From: Candidatus Bathyarchaeota archaeon
GTDB taxonomy: Archaea > Thermoproteota > Bathyarchaeia > 40CM-2-53-6
Assembly (NCBI GenBank): GCA_963733055.1
Contig: CAVTBR010000002.1
Location: 448,001-512,000, forward strand
DNA length: 64,000 nt
Direction: 5' to 3'
Every line of letters begins with the position of its first letter. The first letter of the stretch is position 1. The notes beneath the pieces were generated by a model. The model ran no database searches and was not told the origin of the DNA. It worked only from the letters and a program-made list of their open reading frames with translations. This document shows positions 1 through 10,523 of this stretch, piece by piece. The position numbers and the translations under genes are program-made.

Positions 1-1010
1 TTCTCGGAATCTCGTCTATACTTGGATCTGTGAACTTCGTTGTTACGATCTACAAGCTCCGTGCTCCAGGCGTATTGTTCCGGAACATGTCTCTCTTCGT
101 GTGGATGATGCTCGTCACGGCTTTCCTAGTCATTGGCGCCACTCCAGTCCTCACCGTCGCTCTGCTTATGCTCTTTATGGACCGCAACCTGGGAACGGGT
201 TTCTTTCTACCTAAACTAGGAGGCGACCCACTGCTCTGGCAACACATGTTCTGGTTCTTCGGGCATCCAGAGGTCTATATCATGATAATTCCCGCGTTCG
301 GGTTGATATCCGAAATTATTCCGGTAATGTCCCATAAACAGATTTTCGGCTACGGAATGATTGCTGGCTCGGGCATAATGATCGGCGTCTTTGGATTTGG
401 GGTATGGGCACACCACATGTTCACATCGGGTCTATCCGACATAGCAAGGCTGCCGTTCATGGCTATGACTCTGGCTATCGCCGTCCCATCGGGGGTTAAG
501 GTGTTCAATTGGATAGGCACTATGTGGGGGGGAAGGATTAGCCTCAAGGTCCCGATGAAATACGCGATAGCGTTCATCTCCACGTTCTTCTTCGCAGGGG
601 CTACGGGGGTTTTTCAGGCAGCCATTCCCGTCGACTACCTGTTTCATGACACATACTGGGTAGTTGGACACATACACCTAATGCTTCTCGGCGCTTCGAC
701 GCAGGCAATCTTCGCGGCGTTATACTTCTACTTCCCGTACATGACGGGGCGGATGTATAACGAGAGGTGGGGCAACATTCAGTTCTGGATTACCGAGGTC
801 GGCATCTACATGCTCTTCTCAATGATGCTTCTCCTCGGGTTGGAAGGAATGCCTAGGCGATGGTACACGTACCCACTCCAATACGCAACCCCGAACGTTC
901 TCGCCAGCCTCTCCGGCTTCCTCATCGGGATCGGCGTGATCATTCTGGTTCTGAATTTAGTCTTCAGCTGGCTCCGTGGGCCAAAGGTCACAGGAAACCC
1001 GTGGCCATGA
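1..1010 (+). CDS. coxA: Heme-copper (cytochrome c) oxidase subunit I, 5'-truncated by window edge
   Basis: WFFGHPEVY and VWAHHMF Cu/heme ligand motifs, HDTYWVVGHIH, GMPRR; many TM helices. Confidence 0.95.
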   Translation, partial: LGISSILGSVNFVVTIYKLRAPGVLFRNMSLFVWMMLVTAFLVIGATPVLTVALLMLFMDRNLGTGFFLPKLGGDPLLWQHMFWFFGHPEVYIMIIPAFGLISEIIPVMSHKQIFGYGMIAGSGIMIGVFGFGVWAHHMFTSGLSDIARLPFMAMTLAIAVPSGVKVFNWIGTMWGGRISLKVPMKYAIAFISTFFFAGATGVFQAAIPVDYLFHDTYWVVGHIHLMLLGASTQAIFAALYFYFPYMTGRMYNERWGNIQFWITEVGIYMLFSMMLLLGLEGMPRRWYTYPLQYATPNVLASLSGFLIGIGVIILVLNLVFSWLRGPKVTGNPWP

Positions 1011-1447
1011 AGATGAAAGCTTTCCCCCTTCTGTCCCTGGCCACCGCAGTTTCGGTATACATCCTGATTGTCATCGGAGGCCTCGTAGCATCCTACGGTT
1101 ACGGTTTAGCCTGCCCAGACTGGCCACTATGCAATGGGCAAATCGTCCCAACCCTCACCACCCCCGTCATTGTGGAGTACACTCATAGACTATGGACGCT
1201 CGTCGTCACTGCCCTAGTCATTGCAACTACCGTGTTTGCGTGGAAGAAATATCACTGGGGAAGCATGGTTACCGTAATCTCAACGCTAACATTCATCTTA
1301 CTACTAGGGCAGATAGTTCTCGGAATGGTTACCGTGGACACACGCACGTTACCTTTAGCGGTAACCGCCCACCTCGCCCTTGCGACGCTAGTCTTCGCAA
1401 GCGCGTTAACAGCTAGTTTTGTCTCACTCACAAAGGTAGGTCGTTGA
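1007..1447 (+). CDS. ctaA: Short heme A synthase (COX15/CtaA family)
   Basis: GLACPDWPLCNG, EYTHR and TAHLALA motifs; ATG at 1007 overlaps the coxA stop (ATGA). Confidence 0.85.
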   Translation: MKMKAFPLLSLATAVSVYILIVIGGLVASYGYGLACPDWPLCNGQIVPTLTTPVIVEYTHRLWTLVVTALVIATTVFAWKKYHWGSMVTVISTLTFILLLGQIVLGMVTVDTRTLPLAVTAHLALATLVFASALTASFVSLTKVGR

Positions 1448-1537
1448 CGAGTTGACAAAAGAACAGGTCGTAATAGTCTCCTTTACGATAGCGACAGTTG
1501 TAGTGATATCAGTTATACTACGAGCAGTGCTCACGCG

Positions 1538-2446
1538 TTAGCTTTGACCTGGCGGACCTTGCGCCCTCGTTTTACCTTGTAGCAACAGAAGGGCCCGAAC
1601 AGTATCTGTTGAAGCGAGCAAGTAGCCGATCCTTAGCTCCTGCCCTCCACTGACATGTTCTTCCAGCATTCTGCGAGTCAGTTCGTAGGGGCCGGCTAAG
1701 TAGTTGGACCGGATCCCCTTTCGATCCTCCCTCCAGGCTGTGATGACTTCAGGATCGACTCGGAACATGTCGAACGAATCTCCGGACAAATGACGCTCAT
1801 ATTCACCTGTCGGAGTGGGTTTGAACTCCGCGAGATTAAGTTCCATAGGTTCGCTTGTCACGGTAGAAGCGCCCGCAGATGACCCGGTTACTTGCGCCCC
1901 TCCCGTTGTTGAAACGATAGTCTCGGGTGAAATTTCCAGCGTTTCCGGCATTTTCTTCAGGCTGGCTTCCTCCTGTGCACCCAATCTACCAATTGAACCG
2001 AAGATTACGTATGACAAAACCCCGAATGTCACGAGCAATACCTCAACCCACCAACGCGCCTCGTTGTAGATTGAACGTATGAAGACTTGTAGAACAAGGT
2101 CTGCCGCGGAGATCAGGCCAAGAAACGCGAAGAAGTACCCGATGTATTCTATCGTTTTGTAGAAACCCGGTTTCGGTGGGGTGGCTTCTTCAACAATCAA
2201 CTCCACCCCGACGTCAGGCCTTGCTGTTACTGGCGCAACAGTTGTAGGAGGCGTTATTGGTTTCATAAGGTAGTAGAGCGAGACGAAAACTAACACGGAC
2301 CCACCCAGAAGCAGGTTCGCCGCCAAGAACTGTGAGGTGAATGCTTGCGCTCCAGGAAGCCCTGACGCAACTAGGTTGAAGCCGTAGTCGACTAAAACGA
2401 ACCCTGCCGCTAACCCCAAGGCCTGAGGGAGACGACGTGAAACCAA
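1538..2446 (-). CDS. Hypothetical membrane protein (4 TM plus soluble C-terminus)
   Basis: 302-aa ORF with four hydrophobic segments. Confidence 0.6.
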   Translation of the reverse strand: MVSRRLPQALGLAAGFVLVDYGFNLVASGLPGAQAFTSQFLAANLLLGGSVLVFVSLYYLMKPITPPTTVAPVTARPDVGVELIVEEATPPKPGFYKTIEYIGYFFAFLGLISAADLVLQVFIRSIYNEARWWVEVLLVTFGVLSYVIFGSIGRLGAQEEASLKKMPETLEISPETIVSTTGGAQVTGSSAGASTVTSEPMELNLAEFKPTPTGEYERHLSGDSFDMFRVDPEVITAWREDRKGIRSNYLAGPYELTRRMLEEHVSGGQELRIGYLLASTDTVRALLLLQGKTRAQGPPGQS

Positions 2447-2531
2447 TTACCTTCGAGCCCTTCGACAATCAACAGGTGGCTAATAAAAGCTCAATTTGAG
2501 AGCACCCTAACACGCAGAGTCGAGGCCTCGT

Positions 2532-2945
2532 TCATGAGATCTCGAATTCATTTCCATCGAGATCCTTCAAAATGGCGTACTTGCCCCAGCTCGTAGAGGT
2601 TAGTTCCTCCGCAAACTCTACGCCCTCTTTCTTTAGTTCGAAGTAGGTCCTCTCAACATTCTCAGGATTACTCGCGGGTACAAGCCGCCCGGATTTCTCG
2701 TCTTTTCGCATATTGATTTCTCCGCATTGCAACCAGACCCCGGTTCTCCCACCCGGTTGATCCTGTCCCCATTCATCGCATCGTCCGCAAAGATGCAAGA
2801 GGGATGTCTGGGATCCCTTAGGTTTTACGAAAACCGCGTGCCCCCCATTTTCAATTACTTCGAAGCCAAGCTTGTCGCGATACCATTCCGCGGATTTTCT
2901 TGCGTCGTGGACGAGAATTGCTACAGAGCCGACTCCGGTTATCAT
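2532..2945 (-). CDS. VOC/glyoxalase family protein
   Basis: MITGVGSVAILVHDARKSAEWYRDKLGF start and WGKYAILKDLDGNEFEI end; ATG at 2945. Confidence 0.85.
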   Translation of the reverse strand: MITGVGSVAILVHDARKSAEWYRDKLGFEVIENGGHAVFVKPKGSQTSLLHLCGRCDEWGQDQPGGRTGVWLQCGEINMRKDEKSGRLVPASNPENVERTYFELKKEGVEFAEELTSTSWGKYAILKDLDGNEFEIS

Positions 2946-3059
2946 AACTGCTTCACACCAATTGAAGGGCTGAAACGAATAAAATGGGCGCTCTTGCTTT
3001 TCTTGCTTTACCGAAACCTTATATTTCTTGGAGCTGCGCGGGGCGAAAGGTTCCGCAAA

Positions 3060-3908
3060 ATGGGAACGGCCAGCGACACCTCGCCAGCGCACTCCGAGGA
3101 TAACGCGCCTGAATACCTCGAACATTCCGCCTGGCCAGTACTCATCGCTATGGCGATAGGGGTTGCGATGGTAGGCCTGTTCTTACTACTCAAGGGCCTC
3201 GTCCTACCTGCAGCTATTCTGATGATGCTTTCGTTCGGCGCGGTATTGGGAGGATTTCTTTACAGCGACACCCGGAACTGGCGTACTTCCGTGTCGAAGT
3301 CACTCGGCAAAATTCCCCCCGGAACTGTTCTCGGGCCGTTTCCAGTCGACATTAGTCTGACTGTTCAACTGATCATTCTAACCGAGGTACTTCTCTTCGG
3401 TGGCGCGTTCGCCATGTACTTCGCGATCAGAGTACAATTTCCCTTTTGGCCTCCGGCAGGGGCCCCCATCCTAGATACTTCCATAGCACGAATACAGACT
3501 TTGATTCTGATATCAAGCAGTGTACTCGTTGAGTGGGCTATTTGGCAGCTGAAACGTGGAAATGAAAGAACATTCAAGTTCGGTCTAATCGGAACTACCA
3601 TATTGGCGAGCCTGTTTCCGATTCTCCAGTTCGGTTTCGAGTGGCCTCATCTCATCCTCGGCGGTATACTCACTCCCACGAGCGGATTTTTCGGAGCGAC
3701 CTTCTTCCTACTGACAGGTATTCATGGCGCGCACGTGGTAGCTGGAGTTATCGCGTACACTTACACGGACATTCGGGCGTTTATGGGCCAATATACGCCT
3801 AAGAACTACGGCTTTGCAGAAGCCACGTCCACCTACTGGCACTTCGTACACATAATCTGGCTTTTGCTCTTTGCTCTGCTCTGGCAGGGGAGTCGACTCT
3901 TACATTGA
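3060..3908 (+). CDS. coxC: Cytochrome c oxidase subunit III
   Basis: HSAWP, ILTEVLLFGG, FFLLTGIHGAHV and YWHFVHIIW motifs; ATG at 3060. Confidence 0.9.
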   Translation: MGTASDTSPAHSEDNAPEYLEHSAWPVLIAMAIGVAMVGLFLLLKGLVLPAAILMMLSFGAVLGGFLYSDTRNWRTSVSKSLGKIPPGTVLGPFPVDISLTVQLIILTEVLLFGGAFAMYFAIRVQFPFWPPAGAPILDTSIARIQTLILISSSVLVEWAIWQLKRGNERTFKFGLIGTTILASLFPILQFGFEWPHLILGGILTPTSGFFGATFFLLTGIHGAHVVAGVIAYTYTDIRAFMGQYTPKNYGFAEATSTYWHFVHIIWLLLFALLWQGSRLLH

Positions 3909-4399
3909 AGCTGGAGGATTTCGGAACATTCGTAATCTTCACCGCACTCTACGCGGCGGGTACCCTCGGCCTACCAACGTTCTCGCTGCTGGCCTATCAA
4001 GTGAAGGTGGGCGAATTACCCACTGCATTTGTTGCGATCTTCGGGTACCCTGCAATCCTAGGTCTAACTCTTGGACAGTTTATCGCAAACCTTGGGGTTG
4101 AAGCCTCCCCCGTCGCGATGATATCCCCGGCAGTCTCCTTCCTTGGTTATTTGATCGTCTACCGTTTACGCAAAGTAAGTACGCTCGCGGGTTGCGTCGC
4201 CTACATGGTACTCACTTCAGCCTGGTTGACGTACCTATTGCCCATAACTACAGGCGTATCCACGACCGAGGCCGCATACTCCGCGTTCCTTGGCCAAGCG
4301 ATCGCAGTAATGATAGGTTACGCCGCATACCTCGGAGCGAAGAGAATGAGGTCGACTCCGGGACCGACAACGACCGATCATAACGTTCAGCACCAATGA
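3905..4399 (+). CDS. QueT-like membrane transporter component
   Basis: IFTALYAA..., YQVKVGE, AILGLTLGQFIANL pattern; 5 TM. Confidence 0.6.
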   Translation: MKLEDFGTFVIFTALYAAGTLGLPTFSLLAYQVKVGELPTAFVAIFGYPAILGLTLGQFIANLGVEASPVAMISPAVSFLGYLIVYRLRKVSTLAGCVAYMVLTSAWLTYLLPITTGVSTTEAAYSAFLGQAIAVMIGYAAYLGAKRMRSTPGPTTTDHNVQHQ

Positions 4400-4444
4400 T
4401 TTTACAATCAAGGCATTGTAATCGCTTCCAACGAGGTCGGACCA

Positions 4445-5638
4445 TTGCCAGGGCCGTTAGAAGGCATACGTATACTCGACGTGTCCCGCGTTTTGACTGG
4501 CCCCTTCTGTACCATGATCCTCGGCGATCTCGGAGCCGAAGTAATCAAGATAGAAACAACAGGCGGCGGGGACGATACTAGGCAGTGGGGTCCGCCGTTT
4601 ATTGGAGGGGAGAGCGCGTATTTTCTCTCAATCAACCGCAATAAGAAAAGCCTAACCCTCGACCTCAGCAGCAATGAAGGCCGAAGCATCTTCTACGATC
4701 TCGTCGCAAAATGTGATGTAATGATCGAAAATTTTCGACCTGGCGTAACCGAAAAACTTCAGATCAATTATCCGACCATATCAAAGAAAAACCCGACCCT
4801 CATCTACTGCTCCATAACAAGTTTCGGCCCAAGGGGACCTTACAAAGACTGGCCAGCATACGATATCGTGATCCAGGGTATGGGCGGCCTGATGGGAGTA
4901 ACTGGAGAACCCGAACGGCCTCCTGTGAGAATCGGCGTTGCTATCTCGGATCTAGGCGCGGGCATGTACGCTACCATCGCTATCCTCGCAGCCTTAGCAG
5001 GTAGACAACGTACTGGGAGAGGGCAGATGGTTGATGTCTCCTTGTTGGACAGTACGGTTTCGCTGATGACCTATATGGCGGGCTACTTTTTCGCGACGGG
5101 CCAAAGCCCGAAGAGAATGGGATCCGCCCACCCAACCATCGTCCCCTATCAATGCTTCAAGACTAAGGATGGGGATTTCGTCACGGTTGCGATTGGAAAC
5201 GACAAGCTATTCCGCACTTTCTCAAAAACTATCGGTATGGAGAACTTGGCAGATGATCCGAAGTTCTCCTCCAACGCCCAAAGGGTAGCCAACAGGAATG
5301 AGCTGATTCCTCAACTGGAGCGAACGTTCTTACAGAAGACCAGGGAAGAATGGTTGCGCATCCTAACCGAAGCAAAGCTACCAGCCGGACCGGTCTACTC
5401 TATTGGAGAAATCCTTTCGGACCCTCAAATCAAGCAGAGAGAAATGCATGTCACCATTACCCACCCCAAAGCAGGTAAGATTAGCCAGATTGGAATTCCA
5501 ATGAAATTCTCCGAGACGACGCCCGAGATCCGAAACCCACCTCCCCTACTCGGACAACACACAGATGAAATCCTCAGTAAGCTGCTCGGGTACGATTCGC
5601 ACCGCATAGCGGAGTTACATGAGAAACGAATAGTGTGA
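4445..5638 (+). CDS. CaiB/BaiF family III CoA-transferase
   Basis: GPLEGIRILDVSRVLTGP, LGDLGAEVIKIE, NRNKKS, ENFRPG motifs. Confidence 0.93.
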   Translation: MPGPLEGIRILDVSRVLTGPFCTMILGDLGAEVIKIETTGGGDDTRQWGPPFIGGESAYFLSINRNKKSLTLDLSSNEGRSIFYDLVAKCDVMIENFRPGVTEKLQINYPTISKKNPTLIYCSITSFGPRGPYKDWPAYDIVIQGMGGLMGVTGEPERPPVRIGVAISDLGAGMYATIAILAALAGRQRTGRGQMVDVSLLDSTVSLMTYMAGYFFATGQSPKRMGSAHPTIVPYQCFKTKDGDFVTVAIGNDKLFRTFSKTIGMENLADDPKFSSNAQRVANRNELIPQLERTFLQKTREEWLRILTEAKLPAGPVYSIGEILSDPQIKQREMHVTITHPKAGKISQIGIPMKFSETTPEIRNPPPLLGQHTDEILSKLLGYDSHRIAELHEKRIV

Positions 5639-5642
5639 GGCG

Positions 5643-6103
5643 ATGGAAATTTTGCATCTAGAAGGAACCTATGTACTAAACTGCCCCCGAAGCGACGTGT
5701 GGAAGTTCATCTCTGACCCACAACAAATAGCCCACTGCCTTCCTGACCTCCAAAGCCTTGAGGTCAAAGATGCTAACCATTTCGTGGCCACGGTCAAGGT
5801 GGGCGTCGCGTTTGTTGCGGCACCTTCAAATTTGATTTCACGCTAATCGACCAGACACCACCATCCCATTCCTCGTTTGAAGCGGTTGGTAAGGGAGCGG
5901 GAGTATCTCTGCGGCTTAACGCAACGATGGACCTGAAGGAGATCAGCGCGGACAGCACCGAGCTCGCTTGGAAGTCTGAAGTGCAGTTAGGGGGGTTGCT
6001 TGGCGAGATTTCTCCAAGCCTAATTCAGAACAGTACAGACAAGATGACCCGCCAATTCTTTGACTGCATCAAGGCCCAACTCGAACTCCACCCTTCAGTC
6101 TGA
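5643..6103 (+). pseudogene. CoxG/SRPBCC family protein with 1-nt frameshift near 5817 (possibly an assembly error)
   Basis: N-terminal frame VWKFISDPQQIAHCLPDL...VKVGVAFV continues in the -1 frame as GTFKFDFTLIDQTPPS...FFDCIKAQLELHPSV*; colinear with intact paralog at 40522. Confidence 0.8.
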
Positions 6104-7312
6104 TCACTGGTACGCTTCGTACTCCTTTCCGAGCACGGCTGAGGCGATTTTGAGTTTCATTATCTCGTCCGTACCTTCATAGAGCCTACAGACCCTGACA
6201 TCCTGCAGATGTCTGCCCGGCCTGAACATGTAAGAATACCCGCGCCCACCGAACACCTGAACCGCCCTATCCGCCGCATCCCAAGCAGCGTTGGACGCAT
6301 ACAACTTTCCCTCCGCAATCAACCGATCCGCATAGGCTCTAGCCGTGACATTCGAAGGATCGGCATCGTATGCGCTTTTTGCTCGTGCGGACTTGTAGAC
6401 CAAGCAACGTGCAGCGTCCAGCTCAGTTCGGATCATCGCGATGTGTTCTTGCACGAGCTGATGTTTGGCGATTGGCTTACCATGTTGTTCTCGCTCCTTG
6501 GAATATCGAACGACCTCGGTTAGGCAGTCGGCGATTACTCCCAGGCATCCCGCCGCTACGCTTAATCTACCACTCATGAGGGTGGACATCGCGATCTTGA
6601 ACCCGTCACCCTCCTTCCCGAGCATGTTCTCTTTTGGGACGGGGTAGTCGCTCAATTCGAATAGGCCGGTATTGGTGGTGGGCATGCCAAGTTTTGTCGT
6701 CAAATCCTGTTTCAGAATTCCTTCCTTGTCGGTGTCAATGATGAAAGCGCTGATTTTGTCGCCGCCTTTCGGGTATGCGAAAGTCACGATCGCGTGGGCG
6801 ATGCCTGCGTTCGAGATGAGATATTTCACTCCGTTGAGAACGTAATGGCTTCCCTTATCCTCGTACGTCATCTTCATTTCAAGTGGGTTGCTGCCGGCCT
6901 CGGGCTCGGTTAGCCCGAAAGCAAGAATCTTCTCGCCCCTGGTTGACGGTGGAAGGTATTTTCGTCTTTGTTCTTCGTTTCCCCACATCTGGATTGGAAC
7001 CTGACCGATAGACGTGTGACCCGAGAAGAAGGTGCGAATCCCGGTTCCCTCCATTCCAATCCGGTCCAACGCTCTAGCATACGTCAACGCATCAGCCTCT
7101 CGTCCACTATACTCTTTCCTGACCGGCATCCCAAGCAGGTTGTATTTTCTACAGAGCGGAATCAACTGATCATTGAACTTGTGCTCAACATAACAGACCT
7201 CCTCTATTGGACGAAGTTCCTTGCAGAATCCGACTACGTCATGAAAGAACGAATCCCGATCCTTAACATCCAAAGCCTGACCCTCCGAGATACCGAGGGT
7301 TCTAACATACAC
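6104..7312 (-). CDS. Acyl-CoA dehydrogenase
   Basis: AFGLTEPEAGS, LNGVKYLISN, AVQVFGGRGY, LYEGTDEI motifs. Confidence 0.95.
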   Translation of the reverse strand: MYVRTLGISEGQALDVKDRDSFFHDVVGFCKELRPIEEVCYVEHKFNDQLIPLCRKYNLLGMPVRKEYSGREADALTYARALDRIGMEGTGIRTFFSGHTSIGQVPIQMWGNEEQRRKYLPPSTRGEKILAFGLTEPEAGSNPLEMKMTYEDKGSHYVLNGVKYLISNAGIAHAIVTFAYPKGGDKISAFIIDTDKEGILKQDLTTKLGMPTTNTGLFELSDYPVPKENMLGKEGDGFKIAMSTLMSGRLSVAAGCLGVIADCLTEVVRYSKEREQHGKPIAKHQLVQEHIAMIRTELDAARCLVYKSARAKSAYDADPSNVTARAYADRLIAEGKLYASNAAWDAADRAVQVFGGRGYSYMFRPGRHLQDVRVCRLYEGTDEIMKLKIASAVLGKEYEAYQ

Positions 7313-7394
7313 ATGTGAATATAGCTTCTTGATCTACCTTGACGCGGCCAGATGCCGCGATAACAGAAAAGCTTCCGCCATGTAGTTTTTACCT

Positions 7395-8525
7395 GTGAGC
7401 GGAACATTCCCGATTCGTCATTCTAGCTCGGAGGTAAGCAAGTCGGGAAAGATTCGGGTCGCCATCGTAGGGGTAGGCAACTGTGCCTCATCACTCGTTC
7501 AAGGGATAGAGTTCTACAAGAATGCGAAAGTGGATGAATTCATCCCCGGCTTAATGCATGTGAAATTGGGAGGTTACCACATTCGAGACGTGACCTTCAC
7601 TGCGGCTTTTGACGTAGACAAGAACAAGGTTGGGAAGGACCTTGGTGAAGCGATCTACGCAAAACCAAACAACACCATAAGGTTCGCAGACGTACCCAAG
7701 CTTGGGGTTCAAGTTCAAAGGGGTATGACCCACGACGGACTTGGAAAATATCTAAGTGAAATAATCGAAAAACATCCATCACACACCGTGGATGTAAGTC
7801 ACGTTTTGAAAGAGACGAAAACAGACGTGCTCCTCAACTATCTACCCGTCGGAAGCGAATTCGCAACTAAATGGTATATTGAACAGGCTCTCGACGCACA
7901 CTGCGCGGTCGTTAACTGCATCCCGGTATTCATCGCCCGAGAGAAGCGTTGGCAGGAGATCTTCGAAAAACGTGGCGTACCCGTGATCGGGGACGACATC
8001 AAATCGCAGGTTGGCGCTACAATAGTTCATAGGGTGTTGACCCAGCTGTTTAAGGACAGGGGGGTAAAGTTGGAACGAACTGCCCAATTAAATGTTGGCG
8101 GGAACACAGATTTCTTGAACATGCTTGAACGTGAAAGGCTAGAGAGTAAGAAGATCTCGAAGACGGGCGCGGTGACTTCGGTGCTCGACTACAAGTTGCC
8201 CCCTGAAAACGTCCACATAGGCCCAAGCGACTACGTACCTTGGCTCCACGACCGCAAATGGGCATACATCCGACTCGAAGGAACAACCTTCGGCAACGTT
8301 CCACTGAACGTTGAATTGAAACTCGAAGTGTGGGATTCACCAAACAGCGCCGGGGTCGTTATCGATGCGATCAGATGCGCTAAACTTGCCTTGGACAGAG
8401 GCATCAGCGGAGCACTCAAAGCACCATCAGCCTACTTTATGAAATCTCCACCTGAGCAATTTCCCGACGATGTCGCCAGACGAATGTTAGAGGAATTCAT
8501 CAAGGAACCTCAACGGAGGCCCTGA
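7395..8525 (+). CDS. ino1: myo-inositol-1-phosphate synthase
   Basis: [47 protein letters not shown] motifs. Confidence 0.93.
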   Translation: MSGTFPIRHSSSEVSKSGKIRVAIVGVGNCASSLVQGIEFYKNAKVDEFIPGLMHVKLGGYHIRDVTFTAAFDVDKNKVGKDLGEAIYAKPNNTIRFADVPKLGVQVQRGMTHDGLGKYLSEIIEKHPSHTVDVSHVLKETKTDVLLNYLPVGSEFATKWYIEQALDAHCAVVNCIPVFIAREKRWQEIFEKRGVPVIGDDIKSQVGATIVHRVLTQLFKDRGVKLERTAQLNVGGNTDFLNMLERERLESKKISKTGAVTSVLDYKLPPENVHIGPSDYVPWLHDRKWAYIRLEGTTFGNVPLNVELKLEVWDSPNSAGVVIDAIRCAKLALDRGISGALKAPSAYFMKSPPEQFPDDVARRMLEEFIKEPQRRP

Positions 8526-8635
8526 GGAGCACGATATTGGATGGGCTGCAAATTAAACTCGGTGTTCAGCAGCGTCCGAAAGGAACCAGATTTTCGGAAC
8601 CGCACTCAAACCTAAGTGCCAAGGAATCTAACATT

Positions 8636-9271
8636 CTATCCGAGCAGTGTTAATGCTGCGGCCATCGCAGAATGTTCTGCGAGTTCAGGACTGGGCGCAC
8701 TGACAATCGTGATCACGTCATTGTTACTCGGAGAAAACGTTTTTTGTAAATCCGCGAAAAGCGACTCATGTTGGTGCAGCGTCCAGCTTTCTCGTTCGCC
8801 CATGGGCATCACTAGCTCCCCGTTCTTGTAAACGAGTGTGCACGCACCCGTCGCTCCGACTCGAATAGCCGCGTCCCTCTGTTCGATGCCCCTCTTTACG
8901 AGCGCTCCAGACCCTCTAACGAGAACCGCTGCGCTTTCCTTGTCCAGCGCCAACTGCCTCGCGTTTATCGGGCGAGTCTCAGACAACTTTGATCTCAACG
9001 ACTTATAGAGCACTGTACCTCGTTGCGTGAGTACACATCCTCCCTTTGCCGTGCCGACGAGCTTCGCCTTTGTAAGATGCCTGATGATGGTTCGCCCTGC
9101 ACCTTCACCCACGCCAAGTTTTCTTGAGAGTTCGAGCCTTCCGATTGGCCCTTGGTCGCCAATGTAAAGAAGTGCACGAGAAACATGGACCGCGGAGAAG
9201 GCGGGTGCAGGACCTGGGCTGTCGGCTCTTGACACCGACAGGATTGCGTTGAGCACGCTCCGAGATGACAA
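8636..9271 (-). CDS. Winged-helix protein, probably DUF4443-like
   Basis: N-terminal HTH (IGRLELSRKLGVGEG) plus GIEQRDAAIRVGATGA; family name from recall. Confidence 0.6.
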   Translation of the reverse strand: MSSRSVLNAILSVSRADSPGPAPAFSAVHVSRALLYIGDQGPIGRLELSRKLGVGEGAGRTIIRHLTKAKLVGTAKGGCVLTQRGTVLYKSLRSKLSETRPINARQLALDKESAAVLVRGSGALVKRGIEQRDAAIRVGATGACTLVYKNGELVMPMGERESWTLHQHESLFADLQKTFSPSNNDVITIVSAPSPELAEHSAMAAALTLLG

Positions 9272-9294
9272 GAGTTAATCGCCTTCGAAAGGGA

Positions 9295-10488
9295 TTATTT
9301 TTTCTTCACGGCCGCCTTTTCCTTCGCTGTCTCACTCATCTTTCGGAATCTTCGTCTAACTTCCTGGAGGGTGGTGTCTTTCTTGCAAAAAGCAATCCGA
9401 ATCTTCCTCTCCCCCAACGCCTTGTCGTGGTAGAGGGCTTGAGCGGGCAAGACACCTACTCCGACCTTCTTCAATAGAAAGTCCGCAAATTGCATCCCAT
9501 CCCTGAACCTCTCAGGGGCGTCTACCAGGATGTAGTATGCGCCCTCCGGCCGAAGGTAGGCTAGCTTTGCCTCTTCAAGAATTTCCATGATGCTTCTTCG
9601 CTTTCGTTCGTAGGCTTCAGCCAACCTCTCGTAATAGTCTGAGGGGAAATTCAAGGCTGTGACAAGGGCCTCCTGCAACGGGTTAGGAGCACAGATCGTA
9701 AGGTAGTCGTGAACTTTCCGTATGGCGTCGGTAAGGCTTCTCTCAGCTATTGCCCAACCCACTCGCCACCCAGTTACGCTGTAAGTTTTCGAGGCGGCGT
9801 TCACCGTCACGGTTTTGTCGTGCATGTTCCCGAATGAACCGAGGCTAATGTGGCGTTTGCCGTCGTAGAGTATGTGCTCGTATATCTCGTCCGTGACCAC
9901 AACGGTGTCTTCGTCCTCGCAGAGATCGGCGATCAACTTCAGTTGTCCAGCCTCCAGGACGCGGCCGGTTGGATTATTCGGCGTGTTCAGCAGGAAGAGT
10001 TTCGGATGCTTTGCCATAACGCTCTTGAGAGTCTCTTCGTCAAGCTCTAGGTTTCGGCCCTTGAAAGGCACGTATAGCAACTTACAGCCCGCGAGGATTG
10101 CGTCTGGGACGTAGTTCTCGTAGAACGGATCAGTTACGACGACGTGATCGCCAGCGTTGGTTAGTGCAAAGATTGCCGCGGCGACTGCTTCAGTTGAACC
10201 GCATGTGACGGTCACGTTCTTTTCCACGTCCGAATCAATGCCGTTATACTCCTTCGCTTTCGCCGCGATAGCTTCCCTTAACCCTCGGTGGCCCCAGGTG
10301 ACCGAATACTGGTTAGACCCACGCCTAATCGCTTCGACGGCGGCTTCGACTAGCTTAGGGGATGGGATGAAGTCGGGCATTCCCTGGGAAAGATTGATCG
10401 CGTCGTACTGATCGCTAAGCCGCGTCATCTCACGAATCACTGATTCCGTGAAGAAGCTGAGTTTCTGGGATGCTGCCAAAGAAATCAC
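9295..10488 (-). CDS. PLP-dependent aminotransferase class I/II
   Basis: INLSQGMPD, NTPNNPTG, DEIY, SKTYSVTGWRVG motifs. Confidence 0.93.
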   Translation of the reverse strand: MISLAASQKLSFFTESVIREMTRLSDQYDAINLSQGMPDFIPSPKLVEAAVEAIRRGSNQYSVTWGHRGLREAIAAKAKEYNGIDSDVEKNVTVTCGSTEAVAAAIFALTNAGDHVVVTDPFYENYVPDAILAGCKLLYVPFKGRNLELDEETLKSVMAKHPKLFLLNTPNNPTGRVLEAGQLKLIADLCEDEDTVVVTDEIYEHILYDGKRHISLGSFGNMHDKTVTVNAASKTYSVTGWRVGWAIAERSLTDAIRKVHDYLTICAPNPLQEALVTALNFPSDYYERLAEAYERKRRSIMEILEEAKLAYLRPEGAYYILVDAPERFRDGMQFADFLLKKVGVGVLPAQALYHDKALGERKIRIAFCKKDTTLQEVRRRFRKMSETAKEKAAVKKK

Positions 10489-10523
10489 CTATGGCATTGT
10501 GGTTTAGGTTTAAATGAGCATCG

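Noticed and set aside
2727-3125. Apparent long antisense overlap between the 393-aa coxC ORF and the 197-aa VOC ORF
   Set aside because: Both are over-extended; starts at 3060 and 2945 give a normal divergent promoter gap
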